Assembly: GCA_951406725.2 (NCBI GenBank)
Contig: OX597824.1
Coordinates: 35,402,001-35,466,000 of the forward strand
Source of the DNA: Octopus vulgaris
Lineage: Eukaryota
DNA length: 64,000 bases
Direction of reading: 5' to 3'
Positions 25,895-38,570 of this stretch are shown piece by piece. The notes beneath the pieces are model-generated. The model had not been told where the DNA came from and did no database searches. It saw only the letters and a program-made list of their open reading frames with translations. The position numbers and the translations under genes are program-made. The first letter of the stretch is position 1; each line of letters opens with the position of its first letter.

Positions 25895-26085
25895 TCTACG
25901 AGGTCACTTGATAAGTTAGAAATAGCTGATAAATCTCCATCAAATTACATTTTACAATCTTAAGAAAGTGAAAGAACACACTGGGTAATGTTCTATATTA
26001 CCCCAAGAAGAGGAGATAGTCACGAATAGAGTACCTTTGACATATTCTGCTCTATTAGAGTTGACCGGAATCTAAACAACAATGA
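25895..26085 (+). mobile_element. Old dispersed repeat (SINE-like 3' part)
   Basis: Motif ttgctagaaatagcagccaaat...ttgatcatagg...ctaaacaac recurs in degenerate form near 1390, 23150, 33000-33160 (minus), 41370, 44610 and 48150. Confidence 0.5.
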
Positions 26086-26111
26086 CAGTTAGTCAATATT
26101 TCAGTTAAACA

Positions 26112-26282
26112 AAGCGGCGAGCTGGAAGAATCTTTAGCACGCCGGCAAAATACACCGAGGTTAACTTTGCCTTTCATCATTCCGGGATCGATAAAATAAG
26201 TACCAGCTGAGTATAAATATCGATGTAATCGACTTACCCCTCCCCCAAACTTGCTGGCCTTGTGCCAAAATTTGAAACCAAT
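26112..26282 (+). mobile_element. SINE family A, older subfamily
   Basis: Same tail as 24644; flanked by aatatttca(g/a)tta(a/t)aca duplications. Confidence 0.8.
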
Positions 26283-26294
26283 ATTTCAATTATA

Positions 26295-27460
26295 CAGAGT
26301 GCAGCAAAATGATCTGACACATTTGCAGGTTTAATAAAAGTGAAATAGAGTATAGAGCGAAAAATGTTTTTTTATTTTTATTTTTGTGAATGGATTTGGT
26401 AGACGGAAACTGAAAGAAGCCTGTCGTATATATGTATATATATATGTATGTGTGTATATGTTTGTGTGTCTGTGTTTGTCCCCCTAGCATTGCTTGACAA
26501 CCGATGCTGGTGTGTTTACGTCCCCGTCACTTAGGGGTTCGGCAAAAGAGACCGATAGAATAAGTACTGGGCTTACAAAGAATAAGTCCCGGGGTCGATT
26601 TGCTCGACTAAAGGCGGTGCTCCAGCATGGCCGCAGTCAAATGACTGAAACAAGTAAAAGAGTAAAAGAGTCAAAGAATGTACATATAATGCCATTTTGT
26701 TTCAATAAGTGCAATTTGTCACATTTTGTTTCATTTCGCTTTCAGTTGCCAATATGTATTGGACGGGTGAGCATCGCACTTTCATTGTGTAAACGTTTAT
26801 CAAGAACAACGAATCCGTAACTGCAACACGAAGATCGTTCCATGTGCACTTAAGGCTAGATAGACATAATCCCGTACCTACTCATTTGGGATCCGTACTT
26901 CTTAGAAGAAGACAATGTTACAGTGACTCTGAACTCTGATCAATGTTGTGTGATGCTAGAGACTTTTCTGAAACCGAAATGGAATAAACTTGATAGGGAC
27001 AATGTTCGGTTTTAACAGGATGGGACAACAGCCCACACTTCTAGACGTGCGAGGAAGATTTTGAGGGAAATGTTCCCCGGTCATGTGATCTCATTGCACG
27101 GTGACATCGGTTAACCCGCCCGATCACCTGATTTGAACCCGTGCGATTTTTTCCTGTGGGGGTACATGAAATCAGAGGTATACACTCATCACCCTTAATC
27201 TATTGAACAATTAAAAGATGCCATTCGTTAAGAAATTGCTCCACATCAAATGACTCGTCGTGTTATGGACAACTTTCATGAACGCCTTCGACAACGTGTG
27301 GACAATAACAGCACCAACTTGACTGGTATAATTCTTAAAACCAAATGATACGAAATGGCATTATATGTACAATTCGTAAATAAAAACAAAATTTTCGTTT
27401 TTTACTCTATTTCGCTTTTATTAAACCTACAAATGTGTCAGATCATTTTGCCGCACTCTG
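26295..27460 (+). mobile_element. Decayed Tc1/mariner transposon, DD41D (rosa) type
   Basis: About 75-bp TIRs cagagtgc(a/g)gcaaaatgatctgacacatttg, TA TSD at 26293-94 and 27461-62. Remnant transposase QDGTTAHTS...PARSPDLNPCDFFLWGYMKSEVY with 41 residues between the second and third D and several stops. SINE B inserted at 26385-26670. Confidence 0.92.
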
Positions 27461-27463
27461 TAC

Positions 27464-27675
27464 AAGGTGGCGAGCTGGCAGAAGCGTTAGCACACAGGAC
27501 AAAATACTTTGCGGCATTTCGTCCGACTTTACGTTCTGAGTTCAAATTCCGCCAACTTTTCGTTTCATCTTTCTGTGGTCAATAAAATAAGTACCAGTTG
27601 AATACCGGAGTCGATGTAATCGACTTAGCCCCTTCCCCCTAAATTGCTGGCCTTGAGCCAAAATTTGAAATCAAT
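27464..27675 (+). mobile_element. SINE family A, older subfamily
   Basis: As 26112-26282. Confidence 0.8.
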
Positions 27676-27771
27676 ATTTCAGTTATACAGTATCTGCTCC
27701 TCTGTTATTATTTTCTTGTCCTCTGTTCCTGGTCGCCTGAATACGTGATCAGTAATGGACCCCTGGTCTCC

Positions 27772-27991
27772 TAGGCAGCGAGCTGGAAGAATCGTTAACA
27801 CGCCGGGCGAAATGCTTAACAGTATTTCGTTTGCGGTTACGTTCTGAGTTCAAATTCCGCCGAGGTCGACTTTGCCTTTCATCCTTTCGGGGTCGATTAA
27901 ATAAATACCAGTTACGCACTGGGGTCAATATAATCGACTTAATCCGATTGTCCCCTCTGTGTTTAGCCCCTTGTGGGTAGTAAAGAAATAG
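27772..27991 (+). mobile_element. SINE family A monomer
   Basis: Full head, body and gtaaagaaatag tail; short gtctcct flanking duplication. Confidence 0.88.
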
Positions 27992-28217
27992 TAGTAGTCT
28001 CCTGGTCACCAAATCAATAACGATTCCTTGATATCAATGTAATCTGGTTACTTGATTTATAAGTGTATCACTTTCATAGTTATTCTGAACTCATTATGTA
28101 TTAGATAGCTCCTGTTTGTTGTTACTGTAGTTACCTCTGAGTATGAGGCCTTATTCACTCTATCGATATAACACGTGAGTGGTTATCGATAGAACCTGGT
28201 TTGTATATTACGTATAC

Positions 28218-28526
28218 GTGGAGGCGCAATGGCTCAGTGGTTAGGGCAGCAGACTCGCGGTCGTAGGATCGCGGTTTCGATTCCTAGACCGGGCGTTGTG
28301 AGTGTTTATTGAGCGAAAACACCTAAAGCTCCACGAGGCTCCGGCAGGGTGGTGGTGGCGATCCCTGCTGTACTCTTTCGCCACAACTTTCTCTCACTCT
28401 TTCTTCTGTTGGCCTGCTCGCTTAGCCAGCGGGGTGGCGTCATTTGAAGGCTAAAACAATGCGAAGCGCATTGTGACCAGCGATGTGTAGCAACATCTGA
28501 TAGCCTGGTCGGTCACGGTCACGGTG
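28218..28526 (+). mobile_element. SINE family C, full length, 13-bp TSD
   Basis: tRNA head tggctcagtggttaggg...ggtttcgattcc; TSD atattacgtatac at 28205-28217 and 28527-28539. Confidence 0.93.
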
Positions 28527-29959
28527 ATATTACGTATACAGTTGTGTCTATTTCATTATTTTGTTGAGCGAATAATAGGTAAATTGCTGTGTAATGGTTG
28601 AACTAGTGAGCGTCAGTTTAGCCTTCAACACAAGCAGTGTTGGGTCATGTAAGATTATTGAGTTGTGAAGTCAACAGTAAATATTTAGCACTGTAAACAT
28701 GGCCGTAAGACTATAAGTTCGCTTCGCAATCATGTGTAACAGGTCCGTGCCCGATATGCGACGGCGCATTAGTCTTCTCTCATAATCTTAGGTTGAATAA
28801 TACTCTGTTTTTTTTTTTAGCTGAATTGGCTGATAGAAACCGTACGAAAGTTTGTCGTGTGTTTGTATGTTTTAGTTGGTTTTTCTCTTTTGCAGATTTC
28901 GAGCCGGTCTCTAACAAGCTAGCGAGGCTTTTGTGTAACTAAAGGCGGCCCTTGAGGTTTGTGGTTATCTGAATTAATTGATGTATGCATATGCGGCGCG
29001 CACGTGTGTGTGTGTGTAAGTTAATGCAGGCGCGCCTTTGTGAATAAACTTGTCCAAGTTGCAGATTTCTTCAAGTTTTCAATCTAATATCTCAAATGTT
29101 GATACCAATACCGAGAAAGCATTATGGAATATCACGGTATTACGGCATAGTCTAGACTATCGGATGTTGTTATACATCACTCGTCACAATGCGCTTCGCT
29201 TTGTTTTAACTTTCTAATGAGGCCAGCCCGCTGGATGGGCGAGCAGACCAACATTCCCTTTGATCGGAAGGCTAGTCCGTCGCAAGCTTACCCATTTACA
29301 GCTGAGTGGCCTGGGATATTACTCGAATACAGTTTAAAATCTACTACTGATTTCAGTCACTTGATTATGACCATGCTGTAATACCATTTTCAAGAGTTCA
29401 TGGCCGCGTATGTAATTTATTATCCAGTTTTGAATTAAGTCATCTTTTCTTGTATAGGGACAGAACTAAGCGCTCATGCACATGCACACAGGAACACACA
29501 CACACGAACACATGAACACACGCACACACGAACACACACATATATATGTCTATTAAATTCACAATCCTTGATTGACTCGAAGTTACAATAGAAAACATTT
29601 TCAAAGTGCCGCACAGTAGGACCGAACTCAGAACTAAGAATTTCCAAACTGAACTTATTAATCACGCGGCTTAGTCTGATTTTATTTTAATCCTTTCTTG
29701 TGTTATTCGAATTAACACGAAAAATATTTTTATCGGAAGCTTTTAGAAGCTACAGTAACACCCACCCGTAGTGGTTAGCCATATTGAGATGGCTATTATA
29801 CTTTAGATTTTGCTTTTGCACTTTTATTCTTCTTCAGATTTTGTTCATCGTATTTGGAATTTGAATAAATTTTACCTCTTTCCTCATATATAGCGATGGA
29901 GTGCCAAATAGAGAAAAAAGGAAGAAAAACACGAACGAATATATCGGAGACCCCAATTC

Positions 29960-30137
29960 TTGCCTGGTAAGTGATTTGATTTGAGATGTACTCGCATAGC
30001 ACGAATTTTTGTCAGTGAACAGGTCGCGAATTTTAGCGACGAAAATATTTTGACAAATTAAACTTAAATGTTGAAGTGAATCGAACGGCTTTTGTGTGTT
30101 TCTTAAATGGCTTACAAACACCTTCCATGCTGCAATT
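29960..30137 (+). mobile_element. PLE-type family G repeat
   Basis: Near-identical to 19003-19087; contains a hammerhead-like fold. Confidence 0.75.
30008..30057 (+). ncRNA. Hammerhead-like motif with G3:C8 core variant
   Basis: tttgtca-GTGAACA-g-gtcgc-gaatttta-gcgac-GAAAA-ta-TTT-tgacaaa: perfect 7-bp stem I and 5-bp stem II. Confidence 0.65.
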
Positions 30138-30884
30138 GTTATAATTGTTTGTCTTCTGATTATTGGTATAACTTTTAATTATTGGTATATTTACGCCTCC
30201 GTAACTTAGCTGTTCGGCAAAGAAACCAATAGAGTATGTCACAATCTTTAAAAAACAGTTTTAGGGTCGATACATTCGACTAAAAATCCTCCGATACAGT
30301 GCTCCAGCAGGGCTGCAGTCTAATGACTGTAAAATGAATCTTTAACTATAAAGATTTGTAGAGATTTTGAAATATTGAGGTGGCTGATTTCTTCTGTCGA
30401 AGTACATGGTCAGTTTTCACAAAGTATATTGCTAGCGCTAAATTAATCACCCACCAAATGGAAACTTCAATGCAGGAGGGAGTTAAATAAGAACATAGAA
30501 GGAACAATACTGCATAGTGCAATGTGGTGTTTAGTAGTTTCAACTGCTTGTCTCTACTCATACATTACTCATTAGTAATTATTAATTAGCCATTTGTAGA
30601 TTTAAATATTTCTTCTATTTTATTTCTACTTAGAAGATTATTCTCAGATAATTGAGAGGGTGTATAAATGGATGTATAATAAGAATATGTATAACATTTA
30701 ATGGTATAAATACCGTTAAACATCTCAATAAGTTTTTGTATCTTTAACAAAAGATTTTTTTATATAATTAAGCACACACACACACAAATATATAATGTAT
30801 ACTATATATATGTGTACATATATATCTTGTAAAAAATATGTAAATAAATGTAAAAAAATATATAAACTTGAGTAAGTATTATAT

Positions 30885-30949
<65 letters not shown>

Positions 30950-31064
30950 GCATATATATATACATATGTGCATATATATATATATATATACATATATGCA
31001 TATATATATATACATATATGCATATATATATATATATACATATATGCATATATATATATATATA

Positions 31065-31114
<50 letters not shown>

Positions 31115-31527
31115 TTTATCAAAAGAAAAACAGGATGCAAAGGATTTAGCGGTACATATGTTTCTGGCTTTATTGGACAATTTATATCAATGCATAATTG
31201 ATGTAACATGTATGTCAATAGTTTTCTTCAGCCGCGTACAATTACCACACCAAAGACATATATTACATTATAGCAGGTTTGAGAAGAAGTTTTGGAAAAA
31301 GACGAGTTTCGTTGGGAATGCAAATCCTCATAGTCGTATATGGCATAGCGAGACACCAAAACCAAAACGTCCATACCGTTTTTTCACTCGATAAAGAATG
31401 AGGAGGTTGGATGTTGAGATAAAGGGGGTGAATCTTTAATGAAGTTGGGTTCACAAAGAGGAAAAAGTATATGTATAAATCTAAACATGATTATACAGGA
31501 TAATAATAAGTGCAAAATGTAATAAAG

Positions 31528-31570
<43 letters not shown>

Positions 31571-31623
31571 TATATATATATACATATATACATAAATATA
31601 TACATATATACATATATACATAC

Positions 31624-31658
<35 letters not shown>

Positions 31659-31673
31659 TATATACATATATAC

Positions 31674-31738
<65 letters not shown>

Positions 31739-33881
31739 ATATATATATATACAAACTGGAAGGGGAAGAAAGAGAAAGAAATTCGATACTTAACTCCAGT
31801 TTCATCGGTAAGGCGGAATATGAATCGCTCATTGGATGGTGGTGGTGAGTGGGAGGGTGGGTGGGGTGATGGCAATCTATCGCGGATAACGTTATATAAT
31901 CACCAGGTACCTACCTGTACATGAGAGATGAGAGTTAGGTAAAGTAACGGAGAATATAACAACAATCTGGTCAGAATCATAACGAGACACCGACAACATA
32001 TTCCAACCGATTGACTTTTAGCTTGCAATACAATATCGTACGTAGCCACGCAGTTATTTGATCCATTTATTCATAAAATTGTTTTGGTTTTATTGCTATT
32101 CGTCTTAGTGATGTTGTTTACATACATATCAAATGGATAATATAGTAAGGATATCAAACTTAATCGTATATGAAAGCTAACCTGACATCATATTATATCC
32201 AGCGTTTCCTTACCACCAATCCCCCACCGACGGCCTTTCTAATAAGCTGAATCAACAGGAATATTGAGTGGTTTTCTTCTCTAAGGTTGGTTGGTTGGTC
32301 GGTAGCTTGTCAATTACCCAGCCGAGCAACTCTCTTGTTTTACAATACTGAGGATAAGCCGGAAGATGTAAATATTAATAAGAATAATACTTTCAAGCCA
32401 TACACAGAAGTTTATATCCCTTCATCTTTCACTTTTTTTTTTTTTTGGTTTCTATTTATTTACTGTGTTTTTATGTTTTTTGGTTGGCACCTTTGACCCG
32501 AGTTTCATCAGACACAGAACACTTATCTTTAACCGGGAAGTTTTCTCACGCTAGACGGCAGAGAGAGATACTCTCCCGGAGGTGGGAGGAGGTGGAAGAG
32601 GAGGAGGAGACAGGTTGTGATGAAGGTGAGAGAGAATGCGAAAGAGAGAGAAGGAGAGAGAGAGAGAGGGGTGGTGGGAGAAAGAGAAGGGCTAAAATAT
32701 AGAATCAGCGGCCAAGACAAATAAAGCTGAAGAAAATGAATGGAGTCATCCGCTTGAATAAATAAGTAAATAAATAAGTTATATGAATATTTAATGTCGA
32801 TGAAACATCTGAAGGAAATGAAGAAAGAGTTCAACTAACTTGGAATTAACTTGCTGGCGGAAGTGAATAAAGACGTTGAAAGTTATAATCCTTCGGGTTA
32901 ATTTAGTATAGCGAATTATACTCGCCTGTTTTGGGGACAATACCATTTTCGTAAGAAGGTATAGCTATTTTTGTTTGGGGACATAAATAACTGCTATTTA
33001 TGTTTTTGTTTATCCCTTATGCTAGCCCTGATCAAACAAACTTATCATCCTGTCTTTTTTTTTTTTAGGTATAGTGTATATAGTTTTACATTATTGAATA
33101 CATTTTTTAACACTGGGGCGTGATTCGAGGGAGATTTGGCTGGTGTTTTTATAAGTTGAGCAAATACATAAACGCTTATATGTGGTCCGAGTAGTTATTT
33201 AGAATTTAAGCACCGAGGTAGATATAGTTTCGACCATCTTTACTGTCTGAATATCTTGTAATTTACAAGAAGCTTTTAATGTTTAGGGGATCGAGAGAAC
33301 AACCTTCTAGGAAACTCGAAGTTATACATAGATTGTTGTTGCTGTTGTTTGGTACCAGGTTAACTCAGGTTAAGCCGAACTGTGGCTAAAGTATTACAGC
33401 TCGAAACGTGGAGTAGATGAAACAGGGACAACTGAAGAAGGGGAATATTCTTTATGTTGTATGTCTCGTTTCTCTGGGGTTTTTTCGTTGTTCGAAAGAA
33501 AGTTCGTTTCTCTGTTTTTGTTTTTATGTTTTCATTTCTCATTGTGTTCAACGTTTTTTTATGTCCGTACCCAGATATGCATGTATATATAATATATTTG
33601 TAGGTATGTACATATATGTATGTATATATGCATATATTTATATATTATTTATACTATTTTATTATATGATCGAACGCCACGCATCCTTTTCCAAGTAAGT
33701 TTCACCTTATGACTATCTTATCTTTATTGCAGATATAATGCGTCAAACACTATTAGCTAACGTGTCCTTCTTTTTAAAGATGAAAGATTATAATTTAAGA
33801 AAAGATTTGGTTACCATTTCAAGCTCGTGAACGAACTCCAGGAAGTTTCCGTGGGCGTCAAAGATCCACATCCATTTTTTG

Positions 33882-34085
33882 TTTTACTCGTTTCAGTCAT
33901 TCGACTGCGGCCATACTGGAGCCTCACCTTCAATAATTTTTAATAGAGTTAATCGACATAGTAATATATTTTTTAAGGCCTAGTACTTATTTTATTGGTC
34001 TCTTTTGCCGAACCTCTAAGTTACGGAGTCGTAAACACACCAACACTGGTTTTCAAGCAGTGATGGGGGACAAAGGGAGAGACAC
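33882..34085 (-). mobile_element. SINE family B 3' half, older variant
   Basis: Family B tail in reverse orientation. Confidence 0.75.
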
Positions 34086-34103
34086 ACACATGCCTACCTA
34101 CAC

Positions 34104-34229
<126 letters not shown>

Positions 34230-34232
34230 GTT

Positions 34233-35520
34233 TATGTATTCGTTTTGCGAGATTCTTGATGTGAATTCGTGTGTTGAAACAGATATTGTATTTGGGGACG
34301 GTCATGTTGCCAGTTTAGCCAGTGAAAACACACGCACTATATTGGTATTTACTTACTTCAGCTTTATTTCATATTAATTGTATTTCGACCAGAGTTCTTT
34401 CGTCACACTTCTGTGACATCATCGGTGGTCCTTTGCTTTTTTCTTTTTTTGTGTGTTTCTCTTTCCTAACGATCTGTCATTTTGTATTCCTGTTGTATGT
34501 GTCTTTATTTGCGCATGCATATATCCGTGTATGTGTCTATGTTTAGTAAGTGTGTGGGAGAATGTGTATGGTACCTGCATTATCAGTAGCTCCTGTTTAT
34601 TCACGTTCGTTTAATTTAATTTTATTAATTTTATTTGTTTTTATCTACATGTAGATTTAGCCCACAAACAGACTGTAAAGCTAGGAATGTAGTGTATAGA
34701 ATAGGATGTACAGAGGGACGGTGAAGAAACAAGACAACGACATACGCAGGAGACACATCACGGAGCATAGGAGAGCGGGTAAATGAGCATTGGTGTGAAC
34801 TTAAGGAAGAGAAGAGCTCATCGGTTCTATACCAACACGCCGAGCGGGAATACGGGGGCTCACTCAACTTAGAAGTTAAAATCATGTCCACACATAAAAC
34901 GAACGCAACGCTTAGACAAATTACGGAAGCTACACACATAATAGAAGATAAACCTAGACTAAATAGAAAACTAGAATGGAACACTAGCACACACACACAC
35001 ACCCTACACCACAACCGATGGCAGAATAAGATCCCCATAAATTAATAATAATATGAAACTAATACAATAGACAGATAAATGGAATTAAATAATTATATAC
35101 ATAAACAAAATATAATAAATTAAATTAATATAAAAAGAAAGAAATAAAAAAGTCAGTAGATAAAAACAAATAAATTAAATTAAACGAACGTGAATAAACA
35201 GGGGATACTTATAATGCAGGTACCATACACATTCCCACACACACAGGGATATACGCATGCGCAAGTAAACTCACATACAACAGGAATACATAATGATTCG
35301 TTATGTAGGAGATCGTTAGGAAGGAGAGACAAAAAAAGGAGAAGAAAGCGAAGGACCACTGATGAGGCCACAGAAATGTGACCAAAGAACTCTGGCCGAA
35401 ATACAATTAATATGAAATAAAGCTGAAACAATTGAACACCAAATATATAGTGCGTGTGTTATCATTGGTTAAACTGGCAACATGACCGTCCCCAAATACA
35501 GTATATATAAAATTAATATA
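34233..35520 (+). mobile_element. 5'-truncated Penelope-like retroelement: inverted pLTR, GIY-YIG endonuclease end, pLTR
   Basis: 34233-34648 is the reverse complement of the family's 3' region (35156-35520 and beyond); hammerheads at 34387-34430 (minus) and 35354-35397 (plus); (TA)n on both flanks. Confidence 0.9.
34650..35045 (+). pseudogene. GIY-YIG endonuclease domain of a PLE (one in-frame TGA at 34722-34724)
   Basis: CRFSPQTDCKARNVVYRIGCTEGR*RNKTTTYAGDTSRSIGERVNEH...SVLYQH...LRQITEATHIIEDKPRLNRKLEW: VVY/YAG, catalytic R, E and N, and CCHH pattern. Confidence 0.9.
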
Positions 35521-35552
35521 AGCAGTAGATTGCCATGTTTCACCCTAGTCAC

Positions 35553-35607
<55 letters not shown>

Positions 35608-35765
35608 TTTAAGAGACAGAATCACCCTCAAGCAACTCAATCATCATTGAATAACATTATCCACATCTGGTCCATAGAACTAAATATTAAAATTATCAAA
35701 ATTAATACCTACAATTCTTATTCCATATTATCAAAATTAATACCTTCAATTCTTATTTCAAATCA

Positions 35766-35880
35766 TATACTTTACTACGCGCGTTTCATGACAACATTCC
35801 TCGATATTGCTGAAATAGAATGTCTCTAAACACAATAACATATTAAAAGGATTATATTGCCAATCTTCAGGTCTAGCATA
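35766..35880 (-). ncRNA. Minimal hammerhead motif with long stem II insertion
   Basis: Minus strand tatgct-ag-ac-CTGAAGA-t-tggcaa...ttgtca-t-GAAAC-gcgc-GTA-gt-aa-agtata; palindromic stem III ACGCGCGT. Confidence 0.6.
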
Positions 35881-36219
35881 TATTAACTTATTTTGCTATT
35901 TACATCCTATATAAAGACATGACAAACTAAAATTATAAAACTAGAAATTGTTGGAATAATTTCACTTTAGTAAATAATGAACAGAAATGTGGAATAAAAG
36001 TACGAAAAGAAATATTAGTAAAAAGAAATGTCTCTTAAGCCTATCTATATATATATGTATATAATACAGAGATTAATTCATTTTAGTACCACTAAATTGA
36101 ACTTATCTCCCCCTGTGCACACGAAAATAATTTCCCTAATATTAATATTAGTTATATGTGTGTGTGTGTGTGTGCGTGTGTGCGTGTGTGTGATGAGGGT
36201 GAGACATGGCAACCTACTG

Positions 36220-36276
<57 letters not shown>

Positions 36277-36779
36277 GCAAAAAGAAAAATAAACGTAACC
36301 AGTGCAGTTTTTAATAATGTAAATTATATAAATCAACGAAAATTTCAACAATATATTCTTGATCGAGAATCGATTTCATCATTAACTTTATTAATGTGTA
36401 ATGTGTAAATATTGTTTAGTTGCATGGTGATGTGGTTGCGTTTCTGATTTTGGGAAACTCTCCTTAACTGGTGAGATCGATGTTTTGTTGGTTGTTGGTA
36501 AGGATATGGCGGTAGGGATGGTTACCTCTCACCTGGTGCACGATGCAGTCGTGTTCTTGAACATCCGTGAGGCAAGAAGGAATATTTTACCGCAGCTGTG
36601 GTCTCTGCTCTTCAGAACTCATTAACCTTTTATCGGCGCCGCATAAGCTCACCTGCCTCACTCATCTCTTCTCTTCTGACACTGGTATTATGTCTGACCC
36701 TTAATCCAGTACTAACCAAATTATGATTTAAACATGTTGCATTAAGACACGACTATGTTCTGGTTATATCTTCGAAATG

Positions 36780-37050
36780 TCTATGAAATAGAGTAAGCTT
36801 AAAAGTAAATAAACAAATCAACACTCTCCCATAATTTTTCAAATAATTCGTCAAGACATGCAATCGTTACACAATTAAATAGCATTATGAAACAATACTC
36901 AGTGGCTAGATATATTATACATGCTTTCGAAGAGTTCCAACTGATCTTAGAAGTATTAATGAAGTCGGCAACATGTCTTTAGACACAGAAAGTCTATTTA
37001 ACAAGGTCAAGATCTCGGTGGTAGAAACAATAGATATGATATTAAGCTAT
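36780..37050 (+). pseudogene. Highly decayed PLE reverse transcriptase remnant
   Basis: MSLDTESLFNKVKISVVETIDMIL resembles PLE RT motif SLDVESLFTNVPxxETIDII; preceded by QLNSIMKQY...YII...EEF. Confidence 0.55.
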
Positions 37051-37161
37051 AAAACCACGTCCGCGTACATTTAGCATATAAATAAATACGGAGAATGTGA
37101 GTGTCCAAACTGATGTTAAACATCAGTCATGAAATACTTTCTTAAAGAACATTTAGATTTT

Positions 37162-37475
37162 AGGCACTTGGCTTAGCGGTTTGCACATACGGCTCTTGAT
37201 CATAAGGCCATTAGTTCGAATCCTGGCGGCGCGATGTGTCCTTCAGCAAGACACTTTATCTCACGTTGCTCCAGTCCACTCTACTGGCAAAAATGAGTGG
37301 TAACTATTTTAAAGGGCCAGCCTTGTCACATTCTGTGTCACGCTAAATCTCTCTGAGAACTAAGTTAAGGTTAAGCATGTCTATGGAGTGCTTGTACGTT
37401 AATTTTTTTCACGAGTAGGTTGTTCTGTTGATCGGATCAGCTGGACCACTCGTCGTCGTAACTGACAGAGTGCCC
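37162..37475 (+). mobile_element. tRNA-derived SINE with CORE-like centre, tail shared with 8250-8572
   Basis: tggcttagcggtt / gttcgaatcc boxes; tgtgtccttcagcaagacacttt; tail ...ctcgtcgtcgtaactgacagagtgcc. Confidence 0.75.
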
Positions 37476-37537
37476 GTTCGATTTTCCTCCACAAACGAAG
37501 CATTCGATACACACACACACACACGCACACACACACA

Positions 37538-37579
<42 letters not shown>

Positions 37580-37600
37580 TGAATATATATATATATATAT

Positions 37601-37908
37601 CACCGTGACCGTGACCGACCAGGCAATCAGATGTTGCTACACATCGCTGGTCACAATGCGCTTCGCATTCTTTTAGCCTTCAAATGACGCCACCCCGCTG
37701 GCTAAGCGAGCAGGCCAACAGAAGAAAGAGTGAGAGAAAGTTGTGGCGAAAGAGTATAGCAGGGATCGCCACCACCCCCTGCCGGAGCCTCGTGGAGCTT
37801 TAGGTGTTTTCGCTCAATAAACACTCACAACGCCCGGTCTGGGAATCGAAACCGCGATCCTACGACCGCAAGTCCGCTGCCCTCACCATCGGGCCATTGC
37901 GCTTCCAC
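37601..37908 (-). mobile_element. SINE family C, full length
   Basis: Reverse complement of 28218-28526. Confidence 0.92.
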
Positions 37909-37935
37909 AAACACAAACACACACACACACACACA

Positions 37936-38024
<89 letters not shown>

Positions 38025-38328
38025 ATGTATATACAGAATACAAAAATAGGTGTTAACAATAGATGCTCGAACAGGCCAAACTATGACACTATCGAACACA
38101 AATAGAGCGTAATAAATGTATCAGATTCCTATTTGAAATACAAAAAAAAAAATGTATTCTATTGATCAAATACAGACTAATTATAGAACAGCCCGACATT
38201 ATCAATAGAAACATTATACATAGTGAATTGTGCTACACCATTAACTAACATTAACAATACACTACAAGTACACTAACATTAAAATTCTACTAATAACAAA
38301 CCACAACCATGTAAGCAAGCTACTAACG

Positions 38329-38570
38329 ACCAATGTGGTTTACAAATTTAATTGCAAATATGAAACAGGAAAGTTATAAACTTTATGATTGCAACGATTA
38401 TATTGGCCATACCACTACAAGATTCACCCGCCAATTCATTATGCATTTGCAAGAAGGAGCAATTGCAAGGTACTACATCACACAATACAAAACAAAACTA
38501 CATAATAAAATAAGAGTAAACAACACATCTATATTATATAGAATTTCATTCGTAAAATGAAAAACCAAGA
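38329..38570 (+). pseudogene. Frameshifted PLE GIY-YIG remnant (different subfamily from 34650)
   Basis: TNVVYKFNC, frameshift, then CNDYIGHTTTRFTRQFIMHLQEGAI...VNNTSIL. Confidence 0.75.

Noticed and set aside
28895-28956. Strong acceptor ttttctcttttgcag suggesting an exon
   Set aside because: Stops in all three frames, weak donor, and lies in old SINE B-like sequence.
35359-35390. ATGA...AA...GA pattern in the pLTR consensus as a SECIS for the TGA at 34722
   Set aside because: Helix is only 6 bp, too short for SECIS helix II; better explained as the hammerhead core and stem II.
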